From Candidatus Latescibacterota bacterium (GTDB lineage Bacteria > Latescibacterota > UBA2968 > GCA-2709665): a stretch of 64,000 bases of DNA. Position 1 is the stretch's first letter, and the number at the start of each line of letters is the position of its first letter. The notes under the pieces are model-generated. The model ran no database searches. It saw only the letters and a list, made by a program, of their open reading frames with translations, and had not been told where the DNA came from. Where the stretch lies: the NCBI GenBank assembly GCA_965226795.1, contig CBDDDZ010000005.1, positions 1,152,001-1,216,000 of the forward strand. Direction: 5' to 3'. The position numbers were made by a program, and so were the translations under genes. Below are positions 49,930 through 59,358 of this stretch, in pieces.

Positions 49930-50140
49930 GTGAGGTACCTGGAAGCGCGTAAGCTGTGGCTCAAGCCCCACCCCGATCCGTGGACTGACGCCGAGTGGAA
50001 AAAACGACCGTCGTTTCAATGAGAAGATCGAATCCTGGCTCGATGCCGGCTCGGGGCGCACGTCGATGCCCGTGAAACCGTCATGAACTGTCTCTTGCGC
50101 TTCGTCCGCTACATCGCGGCAAACCCGCAAAACCCGGACT
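49930..50140 (+). pseudogene. Degenerate REP-associated tyrosine transposase (RAYT/Y1) remnant
   Basis: Across frames: YLEARKLWLKPHPDPW / RRFNEKIESWLDAGSG / ARETVMNCLLRF-VRYIAANP. The HUH segment is missing. Confidence 0.6.
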
Positions 50141-50152
50141 GCGTGAACACCT

Positions 50153-50180
50153 GTAGGGGCGACCGGCCGGTCGCCCCTAC
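50153..50180. repeat. GTAG-type REP, perfect 28-bp palindrome
   Basis: GTAGGGGCGACCGGCCGGTCGCCCCTAC. Confidence 0.88.
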
Positions 50181-50240
50181 GCTATAAAGGCCGCGCAAGC
50201 CTTTCTTCTGTCTGCATTCCGGCAGAAGGACAATGATAAG

Positions 50241-50264
50241 GGCAGACAGGGATGTCTGCCCCAC
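50241..50264 (-). repeat. GTGG-type REP
   Basis: Minus strand reads GTGGGGCAGACATCCCTGTCTGCC: GTGG head plus a hairpin. Confidence 0.7.
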
Positions 50265-50493
50265 CTTCACACACGCTTCCTCAACGGCTCGACAAGCCAT
50301 TGTTCGGGGTTGAGATGATCGATTCGCGAAGAACGCAGCACTGAGGACGAGCATGAGGAGCGGTCATGGAGGGGAACCGTTTTTCCTGGCAGACGTCAAA
50401 CTATTGATGGAACGGGCTTAAACAGTCCGTACTATCCGTCGCATTTTGCGACACTCAGGGTGTTTACGAAAACTATTCCAGAAAGGCGCGCCA

Positions 50494-52213
50494 ATGAGAA
50501 CAATTCCCAGGATCACATGCCTCTGGCTTTTATTGACCGCATTTACAGCGGCCGGAGTTCGGGCGGAGACCGCCTCCCCGATGCTGCAGGCCATGCGAGA
50601 GGAATTGACCCGCTCCGTCGACCTGCTCAAACGACAGCCGGTCCCGCCCTATTATCTGAGTTATGAAATCACGGAAACGCATCTGATCCGTATCGGAGCT
50701 TCCTTCGGCGCGCTGTCCTACAACAACGAAAGACGCAGCCGTATGCTCGACATCGATCTTCGGGTGGGGGACTACGCCCTGGACAATACGCACCAGGTTC
50801 GCGGTAGCATAACCAGCAGGTCCGATCGCTATTCGCGGATCGCCATCCCGATCCACGATGACGTCGACGCGGTACGCTCGGTGCTCTGGTACCACAGCGA
50901 TAAGAAATACAAGCGTGCCATCGAACAGCTCACCACGGTGAAGACCAACGTCCAGGTCAAGGTGGAAGAGGAGGACCGGTCTGACGATTTCTCAAGAGAG
51001 CCGGTCGAGCGGTACGTGGAGGAACCCGTTTCCCTCGATGTCCCCCGCGACGAATGGGTTAACCGGGTAAAGAAGTACACGGCCCCTTTCGCCAAAGATG
51101 GAAGCATTTACGAAGCCAGCGCAAGTCTCCTTGCAACCGTTTCGACTCGCCAGTTCGTCAGCAGCGAGGGCACGAGATCCAGACGTCACAGGTGCTTTAC
51201 CGTCTGTTCGTCTACGCGTTCACGAAGGCTGACGACGGAATGGAGTTGCCGCGCTACGAGTCCTATTCCGCTTTCACGCTGCAAGGGCTGCCAGGCGACG
51301 ACGAGGTCCTGGCCCTGGTGGACCGCATGATCGCCGACCTCCAGGCACTGCGCCATGCCCCTGTCGTGGCGCCATACGCCGGTCCTGCAATTTTGTCGGG
51401 ACGCGCCAGCGGCGTCCTGTTTCACGAGATCTTCGGTCACCGCATCGAGGGCCACCGCCAGAAGCGCGAGGAAGAGGGTCAGACCTTTAAAAGGAAGATA
51501 GGGGAGAGGGTTCTGCCCGAGACGTTTTCCGTGTTCTTCGACCCCACCACAAAGAGCATCGCCGGAAGGGACCTGGTGGGCGCTTACAAGCACGACAATC
51601 AGGGCGTCAAGGCGCGGCGTGTGGCGGTTGTGGAGAACGGGATTTTCCGTCGCTTCCTTATGTCCCGTTCGCCTATCGAGAATTTCCCCATTTCCAACGG
51701 TCACGGACGCAAACAGCCGGGCTACGCCCCCGTCGCACGGCAGTCCAACCTGATCGTGGAGACCTCCGAGCCGCTGAGCCGCGACCGACTCAAGGAAATG
51801 CTCATCGATCAGTGCCGCAATGAGGGCAAGGAGTTCGGGCTCTACTTCGAGGATATTCAGGGGGGATTCACCATAACCGGACGTTTTTTTCCCAACGCCT
51901 TCAACGTGTTTCCGATTATGGTCTACCGAATTTACACCGACGGGCGTGAAGAACTGGTGCGTGGCGTCGATCTGATAGGAACGCCGCTTACCGCCTTCAG
52001 CCGGATCGCCGCCGCCGACGATCGCATCGGCGTATTCAACGGCAATTGCGGTGCGGAGTCGGGTTGGGTACCCGTGGCTGTGCTGTGTCTCCCGGCATTT
52101 ACATCTCTCAGATCGAAGTACAGAAGAAACCGAAGTCCCAGGAACGCCGCCCCATCCTCGACGCGCCCTCCTCCGAACCGGATGAAGAGAAAACGGAAGG
52201 CGACCTCCTATAG
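50494..52213 (+). pseudogene. TldD-family metallopeptidase with a signal peptide; two frameshifts (may be sequencing error)
   Basis: RVGDYALDN, FHEIFGHRIEG (HExxxH), SNGHGR..., RQSNL, GNCGAESGWVPV. Frameshifts at ~51174 and ~52080. Confidence 0.85.
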
Positions 52214-52376
52214 TGACCTGCCCCAAAAATATCTCACCATTCTCCAGCCGATTCATCCCGTCTCGCTGCGTTGCCTTCGCTCGCAGACCTTAGCAGGTCG
52301 CCTGCGCTCAGGCGCCTTGCGAGCCGGGCGACTCGACGGCCGAATTCAGGTAACCTATTTCCGGGACAGAACACTA
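52211..52376. mobile_element. MITE copy 2 (166 bp, minimal form)
   Basis: Starts at the TAG stop (TAGTGACCTGCCCCAAAAATAT) and ends TATTTCCGGGACAGAACACTA(G); shares internal blocks with copy 1. Confidence 0.7.
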
Positions 52377-52406
52377 GAACCGATCCCACCCTGCAGGAGA
52401 AATCCA

Positions 52407-54186
52407 ATGCATAGAAAGATACTCTTCCACGTTGTAACGGCCGCCAGCATTCTGACGGCTTCGGCAATCCACGCGGAAAACACCATTCTGCAGCGCGCCC
52501 TGCGAGACGAACTGGCGCGCTCGATGAAGGAACTTCAGCTCGAAGACCTGGAACGGCCCTACTTCATTTCATACCACGTACACGAAATGAAAAGTCCAGA
52601 AGTAGCTCGGCAACGTTCGGCAGTCTGCTGACAAGCCAGAAGAGCCGCTCGCGCACACTCACTGTGGAAGTGCGAGTGGGCGACTACGCCCTCGACAACA
52701 CCAACTTCCGCGCGTTCGCCTTCGGCGGAACCGGGGTGGTGCGCATGAGAGGGGGTAGCGTGGGACTGACCCTGGAAGACAACTATGATGAACTGCGCCG
52801 AAAAATCTGGCTGGCCACGGACGGGGCGTATAAGAAAGCCCTCGAGGATCTGGCAAAGAAACGCGCCGCCCTGCAGAACAAGACGCGCACGGAAGAGATA
52901 CCCGATTTCAGCAGGGAGGCGCCTGCAACCGAAGTGGACGAAATGGCGCCGGCCGTATTGGATCTCGCCGCCATGGAGCGGCGGGCGCGCCAGCTCTCCG
53001 CCCTGTTCCACGAGATGCCCGATATACACACCTCGCGCGTCCGATGCAGCGGATCCAACACCACCGTCCACTACCTCTAACAGCGAGGGCTCTTCCTTCA
53101 CCCGAACGAGTTCCTTGCTGGCCTTCACCGCCGTTGCCGCCACGCAGGCCCCCGACGGCATGGCTCTTCAGGATTTCGTGGCCGTGTACGCCCGCTCAAC
53201 GGACGGCCTTCCCGACGACAGGGATCTGGCCGCCCGCATCGGGGCCCTCGGCGAGCGCCTGCGGAAGCTGCGTCTCGCGCCCGTCGTCGAACGCTTCACC
53301 GGCCCGGTGATCTTTTCGGGTCAGGCGGCCACGGAACTGTTCAACCAGGGGTTTGTCCCCTACTTGCTGTCCACGCGCAGGGCGTTGACCGACAATCCCG
53401 ATTATGAACGTTTCTACCCCCAGAAGAAGGAAAACCCGTTCATGGACAGGATCGGCGTGCGCGTGCTTCCCGATTTCCTCAGCGTGCGCGCCGCGCCGCT
53501 CACAGACGTCTATAAGAAACGGCCATTGTTGGGCGGCTACAGGATCGACGACGAAGGGGTCCCGGCGCGTCCGACCCGGCTGGTGAGCAAGGGTGTGCTG
53601 GAGACGCTCTTAACGACCCGAACGCCGGTTCGAGGCATTGATCGCAGCACGGGGAGCCGCCGCGGCCCCGGGGTCGCGCCGAGCAATATCCTGGTTGAGC
53701 CGGAGATGGGTTTGAGCGAAGAACTGATACGGAAGGAATTCTTCAAACTGATCAGAAGGCAGAAAAAAGAATACGGCTACATCGTCACCCAAGTCGCCAA
53801 CCCTTTATATATGATAGGCGAGACACGCGATGCTTACTATCTGTCTGAACCGTCAAACGAAGAAATTAAAGTGGAAAACCCGATCTACGTGTACAGGGTC
53901 TTCCTGGACGGTCGAAAGGAACTCGTGCGCAACGCGCAATTCGCGGGGATCGGCGCCCATACCTTCAAGGACATCGTCCAGGTGTCCAGTGCGCAAGCGG
54001 TCAAACACCTTTCCCTTTCGCTCGCAGGACAATTCCTCGCCGTTTTCCGGCACACGGCGGGGCCGTCAAGTCCTCACAAGTATCGCCACCCCCCGAATGG
54101 TCCTGTTCGAAGATATCACGCTGAAACCGCCCACCGGCGAGATCCCCAAAGCGCCGGTTTCTCCGCATCCCTACTTCGACAGGTGA
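52407..54186 (+). pseudogene. TldE/PmbA-like partner with a signal peptide; three frameshifts (may be sequencing error)
   Basis: ALRDELARSM..L...ERPYFISY, RVGDYALDN, FTGPVIFSG, IDDEGV; no HExxxH seen. Frameshifts at ~52607, ~53078 and ~54060. Confidence 0.8.
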
Positions 54187-54229
54187 GGTCAGGCCATGCC
54201 GCCGCGAGGCACCGGTCTCCTGTATCCGT

Positions 54230-55234
54230 TCACACGCCGGTGAACGCTTTGGCTTTGTCCTTTGTTCTGGATGGACGCGTCGGGCGCGGCCCCCGCAACT
54301 CGCCCCAAAGGGCGATAGCGATGCCCGAAAGGATAATGCCTCCCCCGATGAGTTGCGCGGGCATGGGCACCTCGCCCAGGATGAGAGCGGCGAAGAGCAC
54401 GCCGGCCACCGGCGAAAAGCAAGACGCCGTGGCGATGTCGGCGGGGCGTACGCGCTTGATGCCGGCAAACCACGCCAGTTGCCCGCAGCCCACCACGATC
54501 CCGCCGTACAGGATCATCCAGCCCCACAGCACCGGGGCGAAAATGTCGGCGAAGTGTTGGATGCCAAAAAGGTAAAGGCCGATTCCGAGGAAGAAAAGCG
54601 CGCCTAACAGGTTGCGATAAACACTGAAGATGCCCAGGGGGATCGTCTGAAGCTGCTTGCGCCCGATTTCGGCGCCGCACACCAGGAGTACGGTCGCGAC
54701 CGCCGCGAAGACTTCACCGCTGCCCACCCCGCTCCGCATTCGCGCCGCCGCCATGCTCTCGGGCGGCGCGCCCATCTGCAGGACGAGCGTTGTCACCACG
54801 CCTCCGACGGCGCACAACGCACCCAGGACCGCGGTTCCGCTCGACTTCTCCCGGTAAAACATCCAGGCCAACAACAGTCCAAGCGGGATTTCTATGGTCT
54901 CGATCAGGACGATATTGGTGACAGACGTGCGCGAGATGGCCGTAAACATCATGGCCGGCGCGATGGCGCCGGACGTGAGGGCGAGGGCCGTCTGAACCAG
55001 CCACTGACGGCCAGACAGCTTGCGCAGACGGGAAGGGCGCCATTCCCGTTGATTGAGAGCCAACAGGGTGAGCGCAGCCACGAGATTGCCGGCGAAGAGC
55101 AAGTTGCAGAAGGAGATGGGATTGCGGCCGTCGATCAGATGCATCTGTCCGATATCGACAAGGCGCGCTACCACCGAGGCGGCGGCGGCAAAGATCAGCA
55201 CCGCAATCCACAGATAGATTCGTCCCCAGGTCAT
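54230..55234 (-). CDS. DMT/EamA family transporter
   Basis: About 10 TM segments in two repeats; LILGEVP...QLIGGGIILSGI. Confidence 0.88.
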   Translation of the reverse strand: MTWGRIYLWIAVLIFAAAASVVARLVDIGQMHLIDGRNPISFCNLLFAGNLVAALTLLALNQREWRPSRLRKLSGRQWLVQTALALTSGAIAPAMMFTAISRTSVTNIVLIETIEIPLGLLLAWMFYREKSSGTAVLGALCAVGGVVTTLVLQMGAPPESMAAARMRSGVGSGEVFAAVATVLLVCGAEIGRKQLQTIPLGIFSVYRNLLGALFFLGIGLYLFGIQHFADIFAPVLWGWMILYGGIVVGCGQLAWFAGIKRVRPADIATASCFSPVAGVLFAALILGEVPMPAQLIGGGIILSGIAIALWGELRGPRPTRPSRTKDKAKAFTGV

Positions 55235-55518
55235 CGGTCTACCGTTCAAGTGAAACGTCGTCCCGCCATCGCCCGCTCGCGTGACTCCGCGGCCCCGTGG
55301 GCGAAATGCAGGTTGTCACTGGGTTAAGTCCCAATGAAAGTAGAAAACACTTCGGACCGGCTATTTTACCCAATCTTGCGCCGCCATGCAAACCCGTTGA
55401 TCTGTGATCCGCGACGATACGGGTATCCCCGGTGGCGCATCGCTATCCCGGCCCTTTGGCGAAGAAATGGCCAGACCGGATCAACGCGGGAGCATGTCAC
55501 GTACGGAAGAGGAGAGTT

Positions 55519-55902
55519 ATGAGCCCGACACCCTCGGCAAGGCTGACTGGTATGAGCCCACAGTTCCCGGTGGCCGACCTGGAACGGTCGATCCGCTTCT
55601 ATACTGAGCAACTCGGTTTCGACCTTGATTTCCGGTACGAGGACTTCTACGCGGGGATCGTCCGGGATGGCCACTCGATTCACCTGAAACTTGCCGAAGC
55701 GACGCCGGAAGAAAGGCGATTCCGCAGAGAGAACGAACATCTCGACATCACGTTTACCGTCGATGATATCGACGCCGCATATGCCGACGTCCTGAATCGT
55801 ACCGTCCGTGTGATCCAGCCTCTCCGGACGATGCCCTACGGTCGTGAATTCTATGTTTCGGATCCCGACGGCTGTATTCTGGCATATGTGGAGACAAAAT
55901 AA
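55519..55902 (+). CDS. VOC/bleomycin-resistance family protein
   Basis: VADLERSIRFYTEQLGF, MPYGREFYVSDPDG. Confidence 0.9.
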   Translation: MSPTPSARLTGMSPQFPVADLERSIRFYTEQLGFDLDFRYEDFYAGIVRDGHSIHLKLAEATPEERRFRRENEHLDITFTVDDIDAAYADVLNRTVRVIQPLRTMPYGREFYVSDPDGCILAYVETK

Positions 55903-56058
55903 CGTGGACCAGGAATATCGTGTTTACGGGAACCAGGGCGCGCTGAGGATGGTTCGCGCTGGTGGGTTTAGCCGACCGGAACCTTAACCTTCACGTCCAA
56001 TCTTAATCGAAGATGCCCATATTGGATTCTGTCGTGCACGATCGACACGGTTCCGGTC

Positions 56059-56089
56059 TTGACATCATTACTTTTTTTATATGTATAAT
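56059..56089 (+). promoter_or_regulatory. Toxin-antitoxin operon promoter
   Basis: TTGACA...TATAAT (19-nt spacer containing a T7 run). Confidence 0.55.
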
Positions 56090-56134
56090 ATACGTGTTAA
56101 TTGGCACTGCGTTACCTGAATCGGAGAATTGCAT

Positions 56135-56365
56135 ATGCACAAGAAGCTGACCATCACGATTGATGAAGAAGTGTATCAGGGCCTGCATCGAATTATCGGC
56201 CGTGGTCGCATCAGCCGCTTTATCGAAACATTGGTCCGTCCTCATGTGCTTCAGCCAGACATGGAACAGGCATACGAAGACATGGCGCACGATGAAAAAC
56301 GGGAAGCCGAAGCTATAGAATGGGCAGAACACACCGTGGGGGACGTATTCGATGGTCCGAGGTGA
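56135..56365 (+). CDS. Type II antitoxin (RHH-like)
   Basis: KKLTITIDEEVY...ISRFIE...AYEDMA.DEKREAEAIEW; overlaps the toxin start. Confidence 0.85.
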   Translation: MHKKLTITIDEEVYQGLHRIIGRGRISRFIETLVRPHVLQPDMEQAYEDMAHDEKREAEAIEWAEHTVGDVFDGPR

Positions 56366-56672
56366 AGTGTGGTGGGTAAATTGCAACCCATCCGCAGGTG
56401 GCGAAACCCGCAAGAGACGTCCCGCGATTATCGTCGGTAACAACGCATCCAACGGGCATCTGAATCGTGTTCAGGTTGTACCGTTGACGAGCAATCTCGA
56501 TCGTCTTTACCCCAGTGAAGCCTATGTTACCGTAAACGATGAAAAACGGAAGGCGATGGCCGATCAGTTGGCAACGGTGAGTAAGCGCCGATTAAGTACG
56601 CTTCACGGACGTGTTTCTGTTTCGGATATGGACCGGGTAGAACGTGCGTTGAGAGTGCAGTTAGGCCTTTGA
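56352..56672 (+). CDS. mazF: PemK/MazF family toxin
   Basis: RGEVWWV, GETRKRRPAIIV, VVPLTS, ADQLATVSKRRL. Confidence 0.93.
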   Translation: MVRGEVWWVNCNPSAGGETRKRRPAIIVGNNASNGHLNRVQVVPLTSNLDRLYPSEAYVTVNDEKRKAMADQLATVSKRRLSTLHGRVSVSDMDRVERALRVQLGL

Positions 56673-56808
56673 TGCCCGTGGCGCCTGAGTATATTATGCG
56701 AAATCTCCAGTCGCCGGGATCGACGCATGTCGGGGTGCAGCACAGGCGGTTCAGTTGGTGACGATTGCAATCGGTCGTAGATAATAAAAGGGGGGTCAGG
56801 AAAATACG

Positions 56809-58035
56809 ATGGCGACTATCAATTCCAACTACAACAAACTCTCAGCCGGCTATCTGTTCCCGGAAATCACGAGGCGGACAGGGGCATACCTGGAAAATCA
56901 TCCCGATGTAAAGGTGATGCGCCTCGGCATCGGTAATACCACCGAGCCACTGCCTCCAAGTGTAATTGAACGTTTACATCACGCCGTGGAAAAACTCGCG
57001 GCGGTCCAGACCTATACGGGCTATGCGGACGGGAGCGAAGGCGAACTCGATCTGCGAGAGGGGATTGCGGGCCGTTACGCGGAGCGCGGCGTCGCGCTCG
57101 ATCCGGATGAAATTTTCGTCAGCGATGGCGGCAAACCCGATTCCGCGAATATTCAGTCCATTTTCGGCCTCGACAATGTGGTGGCCGTTCAGGACCCCGC
57201 CTATCCCGTCTACGTGGATAGCAACGTGATCGCCGGACGTACAGGGCAAATGGTAGACGGTCAATACGAAGGAATTGTTTACATGCCCTGTACCGAGGCA
57301 AACGGCTTTTTTCCCGAATTGCCCGCGGGAAAGGTGGATTTGATCTACATCTGCAGCCCGAATAATCCGATCGGGTCCGTTGCAACCAGGAGTCAGCTGC
57401 AGGCGTTTGTAGATTATGCGCGCGACAATCGGGCGGCGATCATCTTCGACGCGGCCTACTGCGCGTACATTTCGGATCCTGAACTGCCGCACAGTATTTA
57501 TGAGATCGACGGCGCCAGGACATGCGCGATCGAGATCAACAGCTTTTCCAAGGATACCGGATTTACCGGCGTTCGACTGGGCTGGTCGGTGGTTCCCCAG
57601 GAGCTGGTCCTGGAAGACGCCGGGCCGGGCGCGGTGAACGGGCTCTGGCGCAGACGGCAGAATACGATGTTCAACGGCGCCTCCAATATTGTGCAGGGCG
57701 GCGCTCTGGCGGTATTCACGGAAGCAGGGAAGGCGGAATGCGGCGATATGGTGGCCTATTATATGTCCAATGCCGCGCGCATCCGTTCAGGGCTGGAAAG
57801 ACTGGGCCTGACGGTCTACGGCGGGGTCCACGCACCGTATCTCTGGATGAAGACGCCCGGAGGTATGGGTTCGTGGGATTTTTTCGACAAGCTGCTTTCG
57901 GAGGCGCACGTCGTCGGGACGCCGGGGGCGGGATTCGGGCCGAGCGGCGAGGGTTTCTTCAGGTTGAGCGCGTTCGGACACCATGAGGATATCGAGTTGG
58001 CCGTGGACAGCATCGAAAAAAACCTGAAGCTCTAG
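56809..58035 (+). CDS. dapL: LL-diaminopimelate aminotransferase
   Basis: GYLFPEI, LGIG, FVSDGGK, DPAYPVYVD, CSPNNP, SFSKDTGFTGVRLG, TPGAGFGPSGEGFFRLSAF. Confidence 0.95.
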   Translation: MATINSNYNKLSAGYLFPEITRRTGAYLENHPDVKVMRLGIGNTTEPLPPSVIERLHHAVEKLAAVQTYTGYADGSEGELDLREGIAGRYAERGVALDPDEIFVSDGGKPDSANIQSIFGLDNVVAVQDPAYPVYVDSNVIAGRTGQMVDGQYEGIVYMPCTEANGFFPELPAGKVDLIYICSPNNPIGSVATRSQLQAFVDYARDNRAAIIFDAAYCAYISDPELPHSIYEIDGARTCAIEINSFSKDTGFTGVRLGWSVVPQELVLEDAGPGAVNGLWRRRQNTMFNGASNIVQGGALAVFTEAGKAECGDMVAYYMSNAARIRSGLERLGLTVYGGVHAPYLWMKTPGGMGSWDFFDKLLSEAHVVGTPGAGFGPSGEGFFRLSAFGHHEDIELAVDSIEKNLKL

Positions 58036-58247
58036 TGTCCCGTCCACGGAAATATGTCGCCATTCATCCGCCTGTCTGCGTGCAGGTCTTCCGCACAGGC
58101 AGGCCGGTTCATCCCGTCTCGCTGAGTTGATGTCCGTTGAGCTTGTCGAAACGCGCTTGTCGAAATGCCCGCGTTTCGCTACCCTTCGCCGACCCTTCGA
58201 CAAGCTCAGGGAGCGGCTCAGCGCTCAGGCGCCTTGCGAGCAGGGCG
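58033..58247. mobile_element. MITE copy 3, right end truncated, with nested palindromes
   Basis: Starts at the dapL TAG (TAGTGTCCCGTCCACGGAAATAT); carries TTCATCCCGTCTCGCTG and CTCAGGCGCCTTGCGAG blocks. Confidence 0.65.
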
Positions 58248-58282
58248 CTGCTGGCTTACTGCAAACGACCTGGAATGGAGGG

Positions 58283-59245
58283 ATGCAGATGCGTCTGCTG
58301 GCTTCTGTTTTTTGTATCTCCATTGGGATTGCCACGGCAGGGGTTTCCGCTGAGAAGAAACCGACGCCGAAACTTACCGTTGCTTTCCGGTTTGCTTCCG
58401 CTTTCGGACAGAAGGGAGGCGGTGTGGGGCACTTTCATGAACCGTCCGCTATTGCCCTCGATACGTTCGGCAATCTCTACGTGGCCGATACGGGCAACGA
58501 CCGCATCCAGAAATTCGAAGCTAACGGATCGTATCTGTCGGAGGTGGGCACGTTTGGCTGGGATCCCGGTCAATTCAGCCAGCCGGCAGGGGTCGCGGTT
58601 GGGAAGGGCGGGCTCGAGGTCTATGTTGCAGACGGGAGAAACAACCGCATCCAGATCTTCAGCCCCCACTTCCGCCTGTTGGGCGTGATTGGCGGGCGGG
58701 ATGTCGACGGTCCGATTCGACTGGGCATCCTTGGAGGGATCGCGGTCTCCGAGGCCGGCGAGCTGTATGTGTCCGATACCGACGCCGACCAGGTGGTTCA
58801 GATCAGCAATTACAGCCCCCTGGAAAACCAGTTCGGGGGGTACGGATACGGCGCCGGCCAAGTCCGGCGTCCCTTGGGCCTCGCCATTGGACACAAGGAT
58901 CGAGTCTACGTATGTGACAGCGAAAACGATCGCGTCGCGGTATTTGACAGATACGGGAATTTCAAAAAGAGCCTGGCGGAAGGGTCACTCTCCGAACCGG
59001 CGGGTGTGTGTACGGGGCCCGAAGACCTGCTGTTTGTAGCCGACACGGGGCATAACCGCGTGGTGGTCCTTGACCTGCTGACCGGGGACGTGGCTGCGCT
59101 GATCGGCGGCCCCGACGCGGGACAACGGCCGGGCGCGTTCAAAGCGCCGAAAGACGTGGCCTTCGGTCCCGGCAAAGTCCTCTATGTGCTGGACGGAGGC
59201 AACCATCGTATTCAGAAGTTTGAGATGATGATCAGCAGGAGGTAG
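58283..59245 (+). CDS. NHL-repeat beta-propeller protein, secreted
   Basis: Repeated P.gia.D..G.lYVAD.GN.RIQ.F units. Confidence 0.92.
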   Translation: MQMRLLASVFCISIGIATAGVSAEKKPTPKLTVAFRFASAFGQKGGGVGHFHEPSAIALDTFGNLYVADTGNDRIQKFEANGSYLSEVGTFGWDPGQFSQPAGVAVGKGGLEVYVADGRNNRIQIFSPHFRLLGVIGGRDVDGPIRLGILGGIAVSEAGELYVSDTDADQVVQISNYSPLENQFGGYGYGAGQVRRPLGLAIGHKDRVYVCDSENDRVAVFDRYGNFKKSLAEGSLSEPAGVCTGPEDLLFVADTGHNRVVVLDLLTGDVAALIGGPDAGQRPGAFKAPKDVAFGPGKVLYVLDGGNHRIQKFEMMISRR

Positions 59246-59313
59246 GGGGCGAAGTCCCCACGTCCATTCCAGGAGTCGGGAGTCAGGCGGGGCGGGTCGC
59301 GGGGTCCTGAAGT

Positions 59314-59335
59314 ACCGGGGCAGCCCCCGGTTTTT
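59314..59335 (+). terminator. Putative rho-independent terminator or attenuator
   Basis: ACCGGGG-CAGC-CCCCGGT followed by TTTT. Confidence 0.5.
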
Positions 59336-59358
59336 CTGACTACCGACCCCATTTTTTT

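Noticed and set aside
56135..56672. MazF-type toxin-antitoxin pair as a novel system
   Set aside because: Ordinary, well-known type II TA organisation.
58127..58282. N-terminal extension of the NHL protein given in the ORF track
   Set aside because: It is translated MITE/palindrome sequence; the SD (GGAGGG) and signal peptide support a start at 58283 or 58289.
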